A stretch of DNA of 64,000 nucleotides from Octopus vulgaris (taxonomy: Eukaryota): positions 69,688,001 through 69,752,000 of the forward strand of contig OX597826.1 in NCBI GenBank assembly GCA_951406725.2, in the 5' to 3' direction. The position numbers and the translations under genes are program-made. Position 1 is the stretch's first letter. The number at the start of each line of letters is the position of its first letter. Shown here in pieces: positions 1-13,849 of this stretch. The notes under the pieces were generated by a model. That model searched no databases and had not been told where the DNA came from. It saw only the letters and a program-made list of their open reading frames with translations.

Positions 1-105
1 TCTGTCTCTCTCTCTACTTCTGTCTCTTTTTCTCTGTCTTTGCCTATAAGTTCCTCTCTACATTTCTCTTCCCCCTCTCTCTCTCTCTCTCTACTTGTCT
101 CTCTT

Positions 106-155
<50 letters not shown>

Positions 156-245
156 AATACTTCTAGTTTCTCTCATTCGCTTCAGTTTTCCCCTGCACTA
201 ATTTCTATGTAAGACTTCCATCTTCGGGAAAGAACTTATACACAA

Positions 246-278
<33 letters not shown>

Positions 279-280
279 CA

Positions 281-349
<69 letters not shown>

Positions 350-500
350 ATGTATGTATGTATGTATGTATATGTTTGTATGTTTGTATGTATATATGTA
401 TGTATGCATGTAGGTAGGTAGGTAGGTAGGTAAGTAGGTAGGTAGGTAGGTAAGTAGGTAGGTGTGTGATGTGTGTAATGTATGCGTGTGTGAATGTTTG
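1..500. repeat. Microsatellite cluster (CT)n, (CA)n, (TATG)n, (TAGG)n
   Basis: Directly visible simple repeats. Confidence 0.95.
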
Positions 501-690
501 TGTGTGATGTGTATACATATTCGTTTGCCTTTTACTTGCTTCAACCAGTGAACTGAGCCCATGCTGGGGCACCGCCTTGAAGGGTTCAGTCGACCCCAAT
601 ATTTATTTAGAGTCTAGTACTTAAGTACTTATGTACTTTCTCTAGCGATGTCTCTTTGCCCTACACACACACGCACACACATATACAAAT

Positions 691-1077
691 ATTCTTTTCT
701 ACTCTAGGCACAAGGCCCGAAATTTTGAGGGAGGGGACCAGTCGATAAGATCGACCGCAGTACGCAACTGGTACTTAATTTATCGTCCCCGAAAGGATGA
801 AAAGCAAAGTTAATCTCTGTGGAATTTGAACTCAGAACGTAAAGACAGACAAAATATCTGTTTGTTTATCACCCACAAGGGGCTAAACATAGAGAGGACA
901 AACAAGGACAGACAAACGGATTAAGTCGATTACATCGACCCCAGTGCGTAAATGGTACTTAATATATCGACCCCGAAAGGATTAAAGGCAAAGTTAACCT
1001 CGGCGGAATTTGAACTCAGAACGTAACGGCAGACGAAATATCGCTAAGCACTTCACCCGGCGTGCTAACGTTTCTGC
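691..1077 (-). mobile_element. SINE family B, dimeric copy
   Basis: Reverse complement of the B body (ttctgagttcaaattccgccgaggtcgactttgcctttcatcctttcggggtcgat) occurs twice; head gcagaaacgttagcacgccgg near 1077. Confidence 0.85.
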
Positions 1078-1311
1078 AACAAGTAAAAGAAGAGAAAAAA
1101 TTCTGGGATCGATACGTTCAACTAAAATTCTTCAAGGCGGTACCCCAGCATGGCCACAATCTAATGACTGAAACAAATAAAAGCTAAAAAAAAACGAGGA
1201 AAAGAAACCGAAAATTATAACCGTGGGGCTTTTGTCTGAGGGGCTTTAATCCACTTTCACACTTTAACGATGGGGCCTTTGTCCGAATCCCATTGCATAT
1301 GTGTATAGGTG

Positions 1312-1712
1312 TAGGCATAGCTGTGTGGTAAGTAGCTTCTTTACCGACCACATGGTTCCGGGTTCAGTCCCACTGCGTGGCATCTTGCGCCTGTGTCTTC
1401 TACTATAGCCTCAGGCCGACCAAAGCCTTGTGGGTGGATTTGGTAGGCGGAAACTGAAAGAAGCCCATCGTATATATATATATGTGTGGCGGGGGGGTGT
1501 TTGTGTGTCTGTGTTTGTACCCCATCATCTAATGACAACTGATGTTGGTGTGTTTACGTCCCCGAAAGTTAGCAGTTCGACAAAATATACCGATAGGATA
1601 AGTACTAGGCTCACAAAGAATAACTCCTGGGGTCGATTTGTTCGACTACAGGCGATGCCCCAGCATGGCCGCAGTCAAATGACTGAAACAAATAAGAATA
1701 AAAGAATAAAAG
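1312..1712 (+). mobile_element. SINE family A (tRNA-derived head, internal TA/TG microsatellite, A-rich tail)
   Basis: A-box-like tagctgtgtggt, B-box-like ggttcagtcc, tail cagcatggccgcagtcaaatgactgaaac; same layout as more than 10 other copies in the window. Confidence 0.9.
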
Positions 1713-1882
1713 AATGTATGTATGTATGTTTGTGTATATATAAATACACACACACTCATATATATGCACATATGTGCATATGTATATATGTCTATATACA
1801 TATGTATGTGTGTATATATATATATATATGTATGTATATATGTATGTATATATGTATGTATATATGTATATATATATGTATG

Positions 1883-1979
<97 letters not shown>

Positions 1980-1992
1980 GTATGTATATATT

Positions 1993-2023
<31 letters not shown>

Positions 2024-2062
2024 ATGTGTATGTATGCATGTATACACACACATACACACATT
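1713..2062. repeat. (TA)n/(TG)n/(TATG)n microsatellite
   Basis: Directly visible. Confidence 0.95.
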
Positions 2063-2384
2063 CTACTCTATATCTATTTCGATACTCCCTCTTCCTTTAT
2101 CGTTGAAAACTGTAGCGCTAGAATAGAATGTCTGCTAAAATCATCTTGAATATTAAAAACTCACTCACCGACATAAAGACATGGATCTTAAAAGGAAACT
2201 AATCGTTCTGCCTTCCTATCATGAAACATAGTGATACGTAATTTTTGTAGGCCACCAATACACATCGCAGAACTAGTGTATCAAGATCTAGTTTTGGTCC
2301 GGACACCAATCCCACTCATTCCCTTCCGACACAAAGCAAAAGAAAAAAAAGATCTAGTGTTGGTCAGATAGTGAAATAATATAA

Positions 2385-2698
2385 CTGGCACTCCGTCGGT
2401 TACGATGACGAGTGTTCCAGTTGATCCGATCAACAGAACAGCATGCTTGTGAAATTAACGTGCAAGTGGCTGAGTACTCCACAGACAGGTGTGCCCTTAA
2501 TGCAGTTCTGATGGTGATTCAGTGTGATACAGAACGTGACAAGGCTGACCTTTTGAAATACAGGTACAACTCATTTTTGTCAGCTGAGTTAGACTACGTG
2601 AAATAAACTGTCTTGCTCAAGGGCACAACGCGCCGCCGGGAAGCGAAACAATGGCCTAACGATTGTGAGCCGAATACCCTAACCACTAAGCCACACAC
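2385..2698 (-). mobile_element. SINE family D
   Basis: Minus-strand head tggcttagtggttagggtattcggctcac; tail gtaaccgacggagtgccag; matches copies at 13.85, 23.7 and 49.6 kb. Confidence 0.85.
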
Positions 2699-2714
2699 TT
2701 CACTGAAACAATAT

Positions 2715-3180
2715 GAGGGTGACGAAATTACGAACCAAGGAGTAAGAAACTGGCCAACAGGTACGCAGTCCTGTGATCGGGTAATTGTGTACCCTAAACT
2801 GACAGTACCCGGTATGGGCCCCTATCAAGGGTTACGTGAAGGAGACGACCTTCAGAGAAATCCAGAGTGGAGCCCTGTAGGCGGTTTAGAGTTCGTCTCG
2901 ACACTCTTCCGGCAGCTCCTGCAACCAAGCTGGTGCCAAACGTAATGCACTTGACTCCTTTGGACTACGTCGGCAAGGGCGAGAGAGGAATCCTGACGAT
3001 TGGGGCTACCCAGGCTTTTCTTACATCTAGCCCACGCTTGCGCAAGACTGGAGAGGACATGAAATGTAAAAACCAGACTGGATTAGTTTATGCCCAACTC
3101 CATTGTCTCCTGAGACAAAAGGATGCCAACAGACTTGTTTTACTGGTTTTAGTTATAAATTGCGGCGATGCTGGAGCTCA
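2715..3180 (+). mobile_element. Probable RTE-clade LINE 5' UTR fragment
   Basis: GC-richer island with ccggcagctcctgcaaccaagctggtgccaaacgtaatg...ctcctttggactac, resembling RTE 5' UTRs as recalled; no RT motif seen. Confidence 0.35.
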
Positions 3181-4145
3181 CTCGTTTTGATCATTTACTT
3201 TTTATCTCTTTCTTTTGTTTGTTTGTGTTTTACCTGCCTTAGTTATTGGACTGCAGCCATGCTTGGACACCATGCTGGGGCACCATGTCGAAGGACTTAG
3301 TCGAATTAATTGGCCGGATCTTTGTGATTTTCGTCATTCTTTTACTCCTTTAGCTGTTTCAGTCATTTAACTCTGGCCAAATTTACTTACAAAGTATCGG
3401 TTGGCCCGGTGGCCCTGGGCCATAATAGATCAGACTTGCCAAGGTACCCTGCAGTGAGAATAATCCGGAAGCTACGTGGCTGCAATGTAACCATACGAAT
3501 TGATTCCAGTACTATTCTTAAGACCGGTACTCATTCTATCGGGGACATTCTGATGGACCATAAATTTACATGAACATAAAGAAACCAATACCGGTTTTCA
3601 AGCAATCAGAGACAGTGTGGCGTAGCGAGCGTGTGTGACACCCGGTGCAGCCCTCGACTTTGCCTTCTTCCGTCTCTTATATAAGCTTATACAGCAAACG
3701 CAAATGTGTTGCCCCAACGCTATCCGTGGCCGATGGCACTTCACTCACTTCTCTCCAGCTACGCCACAAAGGCGCACAATTTCCTATTATCATGTTTATT
3801 CGCAAGGAATTTGTCGGCAAGAAACTTGCCCAAGAACGCCGCTGTGCAGTGGGGTTCGACCAGAAACCACGACTTATCGAAGCGAAATTCTAAACAACAA
3901 AGCCAGGTTTGCACTTGTATAAATGAATTTGTAGGAATAATTCATTAACTAACATTGATTTTCTTCTCATTAAATGTGTTCTTGCTTTATGATAATATAA
4001 TAATCTTGTCATTATTTGTTTCCGAATCTAATAACACTTATTCATTAACTAAGATTGAGTCATTCATATTTTTCTGTCATATTTATTAATTCAGAATAAG
4101 AGGTTTGGTACAGTAGCGCAGTGTAGAACTGGTGACAATTACTAC

Positions 4146-4351
4146 GATATGCCAACAGTTGGCGATTTTCTTTCTCTGCCTTCCTTTCTTTGGACTGTTT
4201 TTATATTTCTGATAAAGAGCTCTGCTCGAAACATGAAATCCTCTTTCTTTTCTTTCCTTTCCAGAGCATTCAATAACACTATACTTATTCCATGTCCTCG
4301 CGTTGTTGTTTTTTCTTGCTTGTTCATGTTTGGATTGACTATATATATATA
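4146..4351 (+). mobile_element. Penelope-like terminal fragment with degenerate minimal hammerhead
   Basis: Homologous to 9679-9875(-); contains attt-CTGATAA-AGAGCtctGCTC-GAAAcatg-aaat at 4205-4239; ends in (TA)n. Confidence 0.55.
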
Positions 4352-5520
4352 TAATATGAGGGAATATTATTCCAAACTTACAGGGAAAAATTCAATTTAG
4401 AAATGCTAACTAAAATTTCACAAAATATAATATATATACATAAATTAGAAAAAAGCCACCTTTTATCAATTCAAGGATGAAAAATTAAATTACACCATCT
4501 AGAAAAATTACATATTATAGAAAGATTAAATATAAGAAAAAATATAACAATGATTAAGTAATGTGCAAAATAATAAATAAAACGTATATATTTGGTATAT
4601 ATATATATACATACATACATATATATATACTGTTGCTACCATTGGAACACAAGGTAACAAAAAAGCGGTTCCTTTTAATACTAGCAAGAAACAATAATGG
4701 ACTTCTTCAATACACTCAACAGGAATATAGCGATTATACCAACTACCGACAAAACACCACCACATGGATTCTATTGAGAACAGTAAGAAACGATTATGAA
4801 CTTTTCAATTTTCACTTTGTATAATATTTTTGATAAGGTTCGTTTTTCCAAGAACCGAAACATGTAAAATTCATAAGAAAATTAAAATTGATCTGATATA
4901 GTGGCGTTTTCAAACTTCTTTTTTACAAATATATACCCACTCGTATACGATCTACTCTTATTATAAATATATATTTATATATATATATGTATATATACAC
5001 TATCTATTCTACGGGTTTACTCCAATTCAAAACAGAAGAATTTCAATCATACAAGACTACGTAAAATTCTAATTATTTTATTCCGTCTGTTGGTGTTCAA
5101 TTAACTGACAAATTAGATGCGATTCTCACAAGGGTAATTGAAGAGACGAGATTGTTAATCTTCTCCAGCTATAAGAAGTTTATATTTATTTCGAAAATCA
5201 AATTGGTTCAGAGTCTACATAATGTAATCGGTTCTGTGATCACCCGACAAGGGATTATTATGAGACGCGAATTCTGAGGACCGATATTTTTTTCCGTTTT
5301 AAGACGATCCTCTAGAGCTTCTCTGCGTATACGTACACGCCACCTCCAACACACACACGTATATACACACATACGTGCTAAATATATGTATATGTGTGCG
5401 TGTGTTGTGTGGTGTGTGTTTGTGTGTATGTGTGTGTGTGTGCTTGTGAGTGTGTGTATGTTTATTCATATATATATATATATTTACATGTGTGTGTATA
5501 TATATATATATGGATATATA

Positions 5521-5900
5521 GGCGTGGCTATGTGGTAGGAAGCTTGTTTACCAACCACATGGTTCCCGGTTCAGTTCCACTGCGTAGCACATTGTGCAAG
5601 TGACTTCTACTATAGCTTCGGGTCGACCAAAGCGTTGTGTGTGGATTTGGTTGACGGAAACTGAAAGAAGCCCATCTAATATGAGTGTGTGTGTGTATAT
5701 CTATGCATGTGTGTGTGTCATTGTGTTTGTGTTTATGCACCAAACCGCTTGACAGCCGGTATTGGTGTATTTACGCCCTCGTAACCTAGCTGTTCGATCA
5801 AAGAGACCGGTAGAATAAGTACTGGGGTCGATTTGCTCGGCTAAAAGCCTTCAAGGTGGTGCCCCAGCATGGCCGCAGTCAAACAAGTAAAAGATAAAAA
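5521..5900 (+). mobile_element. SINE family A, diverged
   Basis: Head ggcgtggctatgtggtag...ggttcagttcc and tail ccccagcatggccgcagtcaa. Confidence 0.85.
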
Positions 5901-6125
5901 GCATACACGAATACACAATGCAGTAGTAAGTTTTCACCACATTATTTTCAAAATAATGTAGATTTGATCATGTTTTGCATGCTGATGATGAAAATCGAAT
6001 TTGTTTTCTTAAAGGTTTTACAAGCATTTGAATTTATGTAATTTTAGCCAAACGGAAACCTCCATTGTCAACATATCGGATGTTGCAACTATATGTTGAC
6101 ATGTGAGCTTCCATAAACAAAGAAA

Positions 6126-6470
6126 ACGAAAGCTTTAGGACATATCTTGGCCTGTTAGAATAGTAGCCAAATTTTCCTTAAACTATACAATAGCGTCTAA
6201 ACGATGAAAGGCAAGAAGCAGTGTGCCACAAAAGGACCAAGTGCTTTGCGCATACTGAATGTTACGAATAACATTTTAACTAAAAGCAATCAATCTACGA
6301 AAGCTTTAGGACATCTCTTGGCTTGTTAGAAATAGCAGCCAAATTTTCCCTAAACTACACCATAGTATCCAAACTATGAAAGGCAAGAAGTGGTGTGCCG
6401 CAATAGGACCAAGTTCTTTGCACATACTGAGTGTTACGGATAACATTTTAATTAAAAGCAATCACTCTAC
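6126..6470. repeat. Local tandem duplication, about 171 bp x2
   Basis: acgaaagctttaggacat...taaaagcaatca starts at about 6126 and again at about 6297. Confidence 0.85.
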
Positions 6471-6649
6471 ACAGATGTAATCATTTACTGAATTCAAGAC
6501 CATCGTAAAACTTATTGAGCACCACAGATCGATGTGAAATGTACGCTGTCTTTTCTTATGCTAAAATTCTAACCAACGTCTGACAGAAAAAATACGGTAA
6601 CGAATACATTTTCAAACACTAAACTTTGATTACATTTTAATTCTATAAA

Positions 6650-6970
<321 letters not shown>

Positions 6971-7436
6971 ATTGATTACCCTACATAACATTTGCCAGAT
7001 GAGTACTTCGCCAATATGCAGTGTATATGAAATAAGTAGGCGTATGTAGAGTGTGTATGTGTATAATGTTGAGTGTGTATGTGTATAATCACAATGAGGG
7101 CCAAAATCAAAATGTCTTCAAAGAACGGAAGTTTGTGTGTGAATACATAAATTCACAGATATATGTACATATGTACACATACATACATACATATGCATAC
7201 ACACACACACATGCACACACTTATCTGCGTATATATGCGTACCAATAAGTATGCAATTATAAAAGTATATGAATATTACATATATAGACACATACAGGTG
7301 TATATGTATACATATGTAAATACATACGTACTTGCGTAAGTACACGTGCGTAAGGCCGCAGAGAAATTAAAGAGGAAAGGTTTTGGACACAGTTCAATCA
7401 AATAGAATAAGATATGTATATATTCATGTTTGAATA

Positions 7437-7477
<41 letters not shown>

Positions 7478-7559
7478 CCACTCACATACATATAAACCTC
7501 TAGGTACGTATACATATATACTTTTGAATGAGCATATGTATATATATTTATATTTATAG

Positions 7560-7633
<74 letters not shown>

Positions 7634-8688
7634 GTAGACACATAGAAAGAAATATACAAGCATGTGGAATATACACTAACACAAAAACCCACATTCATGC
7701 ATGTATTTGTGTGTCTGTGAGTGTGGCAGTTTATGTAATTGTGTGTGTGTGTTTATGAGTGTGTCTCGGCCATCTTGTCTGCTTGTTGAATACATAAAAT
7801 TTTATATATACATTTATACATGGATGCCATCTATATATTTTCATATGTATGTACACACACATATCTATCTTCTCTCTCTTTCTCTCCCTCTCCCCCTCTC
7901 TCTCTATCATTGTTTATATATATATATATGACTAGTGGGTTAAGAAACACCTATTTTGCTAGAAATAAAAGCTAAACCACTCTAATCCTGTAAAGCAGTT
8001 TAGCTATTATTTCTAGCAATGTAGGTGTTTGCTAAAACCTTCGGCGCATATATGTGTGTGTGTCTGTTCTTTCTTTCTCCCTCTCTCACATTTCCTGGCC
8101 TTCTCTTCATGTTCACTTTCCCTCTTCTTTCACTTCACTCTGTCCCTCCTTAATTCTTCTATCCCTCTGCCCCTACCTCTTTCTCTTCTCTGGCCACGTG
8201 ACCGGAGTTTGGCCAAGCCTGACCTTTCTTCCTTGCTTCGACTACCATCCATGCAACATCTATATTCATCCCTGTCTCCCTGTGCCTGTCAAATCCTATA
8301 TCCCTGTCGTAAGGCTTTACTTCCACACACACCAGCTTAATTTAATTCGTCCTAAGTCGAAAGACACCTGTTGTTATGTCCTGTTATTTGCGTTTGTATT
8401 TGTGTAACATTTCTCCGTTATTTTCCCGTCCTTGTTTTCGTATACATTCGCAGATTTCTTGCAAGGAATCTAATGCTCTTAGCTTTGTTTTTCCTTGGGG
8501 CTGGCCAGATTGTAGCAATCTCGAGTATAACTACCCGAAATTGCGAAGATAATCTGGAACTCGACTGAGGAAAGAAAACTCCGAATGGCCCGTCCTTGTT
8601 TTCTTTGTATCGTCTGTCTGGATATTTTGTTGTCCCTTTTTTGTATCACTTCTGTCTTAATGCTTTGCATTCTTGTCCCATTTTTGTA

Positions 8689-8739
<51 letters not shown>

Positions 8740-8780
8740 TATAAATGTGTGTGTGTGTGTGTGTGTGTGTGTGTCTATAG

Positions 8781-8985
8781 GTGCAGGATTAACTGTGTGG
8801 TACGTAGCTTGCTTACCAATTACATGGTTTCGGGTTCAGCCCCACTTTATAGCAACTTTGGTGTCTTCTACTATAGCCTTGTGTGGACCAAAGCCTGCTG
8901 AGTGGATTTGGTAGACGGAAGCTGAAAGAAGCCCATCGTATATGTACATGTGTGTGGGTGTGTATGTCCCAGCATCGTTGAGTCG
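8781..8985 (+). mobile_element. SINE family A, 3'-truncated
   Basis: Head and body up to ccagcatcg, diverged. Confidence 0.75.
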
Positions 8986-9641
8986 CCGGGAGAGTCTGAG
9001 TTTCTCAGTAACGAAGTTTGTTTCGTGGGTTTCTTTTTCTCTTCAAGATTATTACGCATGCTTTCAACAAATGTGACATTGAAATCACGTGTAAACGGCC
9101 TCTTTCCCCAGAAAGGTATTTCGTGTCCTTAATCACAAACAGCTGTTACGTGGTAGCAGGGCATGCTAGAAATAGCAGCTAACTCTTTAGAGGTGAGATG
9201 TGCTGAATGCACTCTAAAAAAACCTATGGAAAAAGAATTATTTCACAACGAGGTTACGAACGTGTCTTGCACAAAACTTTTAGCTCATGTTCACTCTAAA
9301 ATATTTGTTAAATATGCCAAAAAAACTTTTGTTATGGTATTCTCTTAAAAATAATTTTAAAAAGCATTGAACTATTGTATATTTAAGGAAAGCTATAATA
9401 TAAATACTTACTGTACAAGCAGATTACATTTTAGGAATCACTTTCACTTTAAGATATTTCTAAATGAGTGAAATACTATGTTAAACAAAAGGCAAAAGTA
9501 GACGCATTCACTGTAATAAACAAAACGTCTTGTAAAGTAAGTCACTGTGTCTAATCGAAAGGTAAGAGTTTCTTCCTCTTCAGGGTTAAGTTATTTTCAG
9601 AGTATTTTCCCATTATGCACCAGTTTCACCAGGTAATATTG

Positions 9642-9678
<37 letters not shown>

Positions 9679-9685
<7 letters not shown>

Positions 9686-9875
9686 CCAAACAAAATCATA
9701 AAAAAACACAACAACGCGAGGACGTGGAACAAATATAGTATTATTGGACGCTCAGGAAAGAAGGAGGGTTTAACGTTTCGAGCGGAGCTCTTCGTCGGAA
9801 ACATAGGAGAAGGAAAGATCCAGAGAAGGGAAGACAGAGGGAAAAAAATCGCCAACGGTACACACGCGGTCACAT
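9679..9875 (-). mobile_element. Penelope-like terminal fragment with minimal hammerhead motif
   Basis: Minus strand gttt-CCGACGA-AGAGCtccGCTC-GAAAcgtt-aaac at 9768-9802; embedded between (TA)n tracts; homologous to 4146-4351. Confidence 0.6.
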
Positions 9876-9944
9876 TTATATATATATATATATATATATA
9901 TAAATGTATGTATGTATGTGTGTATATATGTATGTGTATATTCG

Positions 9945-10320
9945 TGGCTGTGTACTAAGAAGTTTGCTTTCCAGCCACATCGTTCCGCGTTCAGTCCCAC
10001 TGCATGGCAACATGAGCAAGTGTTTTCTAATATATCCTCGGGCTGACCAAAGCCTCATGCGTGGATTTGGTAGACGGAAACTAAAAGAAGCCGGTCATAA
10101 ATATATATGTGTGTGTGTAAATATATGTGTGTGCGTGTGTGCGTGTGTGCGTGCGTTTGTGTGTGTGTGTGTGTGTTTCTGTCACCGTAAATTAGCGGTT
10201 CGACAAAAAAGCGGCCGACAGAATAAGTACAAACAATAAGCCCTGAGGTCGATTTCTTCGAGTAGATGGGGAGCTCCAGCTTGGTCGCTGTCAAATGACT
10301 GACACAAATAAAAAAATAAA
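9945..10320 (+). mobile_element. SINE family A, diverged
   Basis: Head gtggctgtgtactaag...gttcagtcccactgc and tail gtcaaatgactga. Confidence 0.8.
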
Positions 10321-10377
10321 AGTATATATATATATATATATTTTATATATATATATATAGCTGTGGCATACCGCCAT

Positions 10378-10410
<33 letters not shown>

Positions 10411-10449
10411 TCTTTTATTTTTTTATTTCTGTCAGTCTCTCTCTTTCTC

Positions 10450-10498
<49 letters not shown>

Positions 10499-10879
10499 CG
10501 AGAAAGAGAGAGAAACATGAATATTTGTGAATATGTATGAACACATACATATGTATAAAATATATATATGTATATGTATATATATATATACCTACATATA
10601 TATATGTGTGTGTGTGTATGTATGTGTATGTGTGTGTGTGTATATATTTGTGCATGCAAGTATGAATGTACATACAGAAATTCACATGCATACTCACATA
10701 CGTGGGTACATGTATAGATATTTGATTTGTATGCGTATACGAGAGTTTAGGATATATATATATATATATATATGCATGTATGCATGTATATATGTATATA
10801 TGTATATATGTATATATGTATATATACATATATATACATATATACATATATATGTATATATGTATGTATATATATATAC

Positions 10880-10965
<86 letters not shown>

Positions 10966-10977
10966 GTATATATATAT

Positions 10978-11059
<82 letters not shown>

Positions 11060-11075
11060 TATATATGTATACCTT
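10321..11075. repeat. (TA)n/(TG)n/(CA)n microsatellite field
   Basis: Directly visible. Confidence 0.95.
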
Positions 11076-11484
11076 AACGAAATTGTTATTAAATAGCTGT
11101 CGTTTACTTTCGCCGACCAGTCATGCAGGTCAATAACGACATAGATTAGAAAAAAAAAAACAATATGGTCTACTACCGTTTCCGGTTTGTGAAGAATCAC
11201 CGGAAGTAGACATACTACAATTAATGACCTATTATTAGTTTCATTTTCATTGATGTCTATTTTGGTGGATGTCTGAGCGTACAGAACGTCTCTTTCATAT
11301 ATATATATATATATATCTGTCAATATATATATATATATATATACATACATACATATATATCTGTCATATATATATATATATATATATATGCACATACTTC
11401 TAATCAATCATATATGAATGCTTCAGTGCAAGGACATGCATAAACCCAACGCACATGCATATGCACATACAAATATATGCCTAC

Positions 11485-11486
<2 letters not shown>

Positions 11487-11573
<87 letters not shown>

Positions 11574-11638
11574 TGAATTGATAGATAGATAGATAGATAG
11601 ATAGATAGAAAGATAGATAGATAGATAGATAGACAGAC

Positions 11639-11709
<71 letters not shown>

Positions 11710-11747
11710 GAGATAGAGAGATAGAGAGATAGATAGATAGATAGAGA
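11487..11747. repeat. (TA)n, (GATA)n and (GA)n microsatellite
   Basis: Directly visible. Confidence 0.95.
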
Positions 11748-11837
11748 AAGTAAAACCTACGAAAAAGAACCATGGTAACCTCGGAAACGAAAAAGAAAGC
11801 TTTAATAGGAGAGCAAGGCGCTCTTTGTCGCTTTGCT

Positions 11838-12211
11838 TTATAGGATCAGGCTCAAGGTGGTTCCGTCATTTATTCGTACGACTCTTGCCACATTCACCCA
11901 CCATTTTTTTAACCTTTCATTAGACAAAACTTCCCTCTGTTCTCACCGTCCTCTTCAATTGATACTTGAAGAAGTTGATGAGAGGTTGACCAGAGAGGAA
12001 AGTGTTTGTCTCCAAACATTTCTCACGTGTCCACCACACACATTGTTTCACCATAGCCACCAGTACAATGAAAACTGCCTTCCCGGTTAAAGGAAGGAGG
12101 CGGGGCAATGTTCACGATAGACTCTGTTGACAACCGAATTCGTTCCGCACGTGACAGCAGGTGTTCCACATAAGCCCACAGGTCTGAAATGATTGGACAT
12201 TGCACGAGTGC
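11838..12211 (-). pseudogene. L1/Tx1-clade LINE ORF2 C-terminal remnant (frameshifted)
   Basis: Reads ALVQCPIISDLWAYVEHLL...VFIVLVAMVKQCVWWTREKCL...LINFFKYQLKR...WWVNVARV...LSLIL*; matches the post-zinc-knuckle CP...W and K..W..R pattern of L1/Tx1 ORF2; two frameshifts. Confidence 0.7.
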
Positions 12212-12221
12212 TTGCGGAACC

Positions 12222-12382
12222 TAGGAGTGGCTGTGTGATAAGTAGCTTGCTTACCAACCACATGGTTCCGGGTTCAGTCCTACTGCGTGGCACCTTGGGC
12301 AAGTGTCTTCTACTATAGCCTCGAGTCGACCAAAGCCTTGTGAGTGGATTTGGCAGATGGAAACTGAAAAAAGCCCGTTGTA

Positions 12383-12459
<77 letters not shown>

Positions 12460-12597
12460 TTGTATGTCTGTGTTTGTCCCCCCAACATCGCTTGACAACC
12501 GATGCTGGTGTGTTTATGTCCCCGCAACTTAGCAGTTCGACAAAAGAGATTAGAATAAGTACTAGGCTTCCAAAGAATAAGTCCCGGGGTCGATTTG
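12222..12597 (+). mobile_element. SINE family A, tail replaced by (TG)n
   Basis: Near-consensus head ggagtggctgtgtgataagtagc...ggttcagtcc through ggggtcgatttg. Confidence 0.9.
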
Positions 12598-12981
12598 TTA
12601 TGTGCGTGTGTGTGTATTGTGCTCGTGTGTATGTGTGTGCGTGTGCGTGCGTATGTGAGTGTGTGTGTGTGTTATGTGCGTGTGTGTGTATTGTGTTCGT
12701 GTGTGTGTGCTTGTGTGTATTTTGTGTTCGTGTGTATGAGTGCGTGTGTGTGTCTCTATGTGTATGAGTGCCTGCGTGTGAGTGCACGCTTGCGTCTGTG
12801 TGTGTGTGTGACCGCGTGTGCCAAGCATGTCTCTCTGTCGGCGTTTGTGTTTATGTGTACCAGTTTATACGTTAATCTTCCACCTTGTAAGAAAAGAAAC
12901 GGCTGGTCCTTGAGTGCCGTTTGTTAGTGTCTATGGTAAATATTCGAGCCAGGTCTGCGGAAACCTTTCATGCATTCTTTC

Positions 12982-13783
12982 GCAGTAGTGGCTGTTTGGT
13001 AAGTAGCTTGCTAACCAACCACATGGTTCCTGGTTCAGTCCCACTGCGTGGCATCTTGGGCAAGTGTCTTCTGCTATAGCCCCGGGCCGACCAATGCCTT
13101 GTGAGTGGATTTGGTAGTCGGAAACTGAAAGAAGCCTGTCGTATATATGTATCTCTCTCTATATAAACGGCAGTTTGTCTGTGCGTGTTTCTGTGTGTCT
13201 GTTTGCTTGTACCCTCACTCTGACCACGGCTTTCAACCGATTCTGATGAAACTTGACACACACATAGCCCAATGTCATAATTCAAAACTAACGCAGCGAA
13301 AATTTTGAAAAGTTCCCCCAGTTCTGAAAAAAATCGATAAATTCGACATGGGGTCGAGAATAAAAAAAAAACAAACCACAGACTGTCTAGGGGACGCAAC
13401 TCAACCTTTTTTTACTCTCAAAAAAAAAATTTACCATCATTTATTTTCCATTTTTTTGCTATTTTTTGGCTATAACTCTCTAAAGATGCTTTATAGTTAT
13501 TTCCCTTACAAACCTGAGCAACGCCGGGCGATACTGCTAGTATATATATAAGTGTGTGTGAATATGTTTGTGTGTCTGTGTTTGTTCCCCTAGCATTGCT
13601 TGACAACCGATGCTGGTGTGCTTACGTCCCCGTAACTAAGCGGTTCGGCAAAAGAGACCGATAGAATAAGTACTGGGCTTACAAAGAATAAGTCCCGGGG
13701 TCGATTTGCTCGATTAAAGGCGGTGCTCCAGCATGGCCGCAGTCAAATGACTGAAACAAGTAAAAGGAGTAAAAAGTAAAGAG
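12982..13783 (+). mobile_element. SINE family A interrupted by a Helitron
   Basis: 5' half 12982-13151 and 3' half 13541-13783 join into a complete copy. Confidence 0.9.
13152..13540 (+). mobile_element. Non-autonomous Helitron, type 1
   Basis: A|TC 5' end, subterminal hairpin cctgagcaacgccggg, CTAG|T 3' end, no TSD; inserted in the TA linker of a SINE. Confidence 0.85.
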
Positions 13784-13849
13784 AGTTGCAAGGTTAGAAT
13801 ATTTACATTCCGTCATCCTCTGCTTAATCCTTAAAATATTGTTCAGTGA

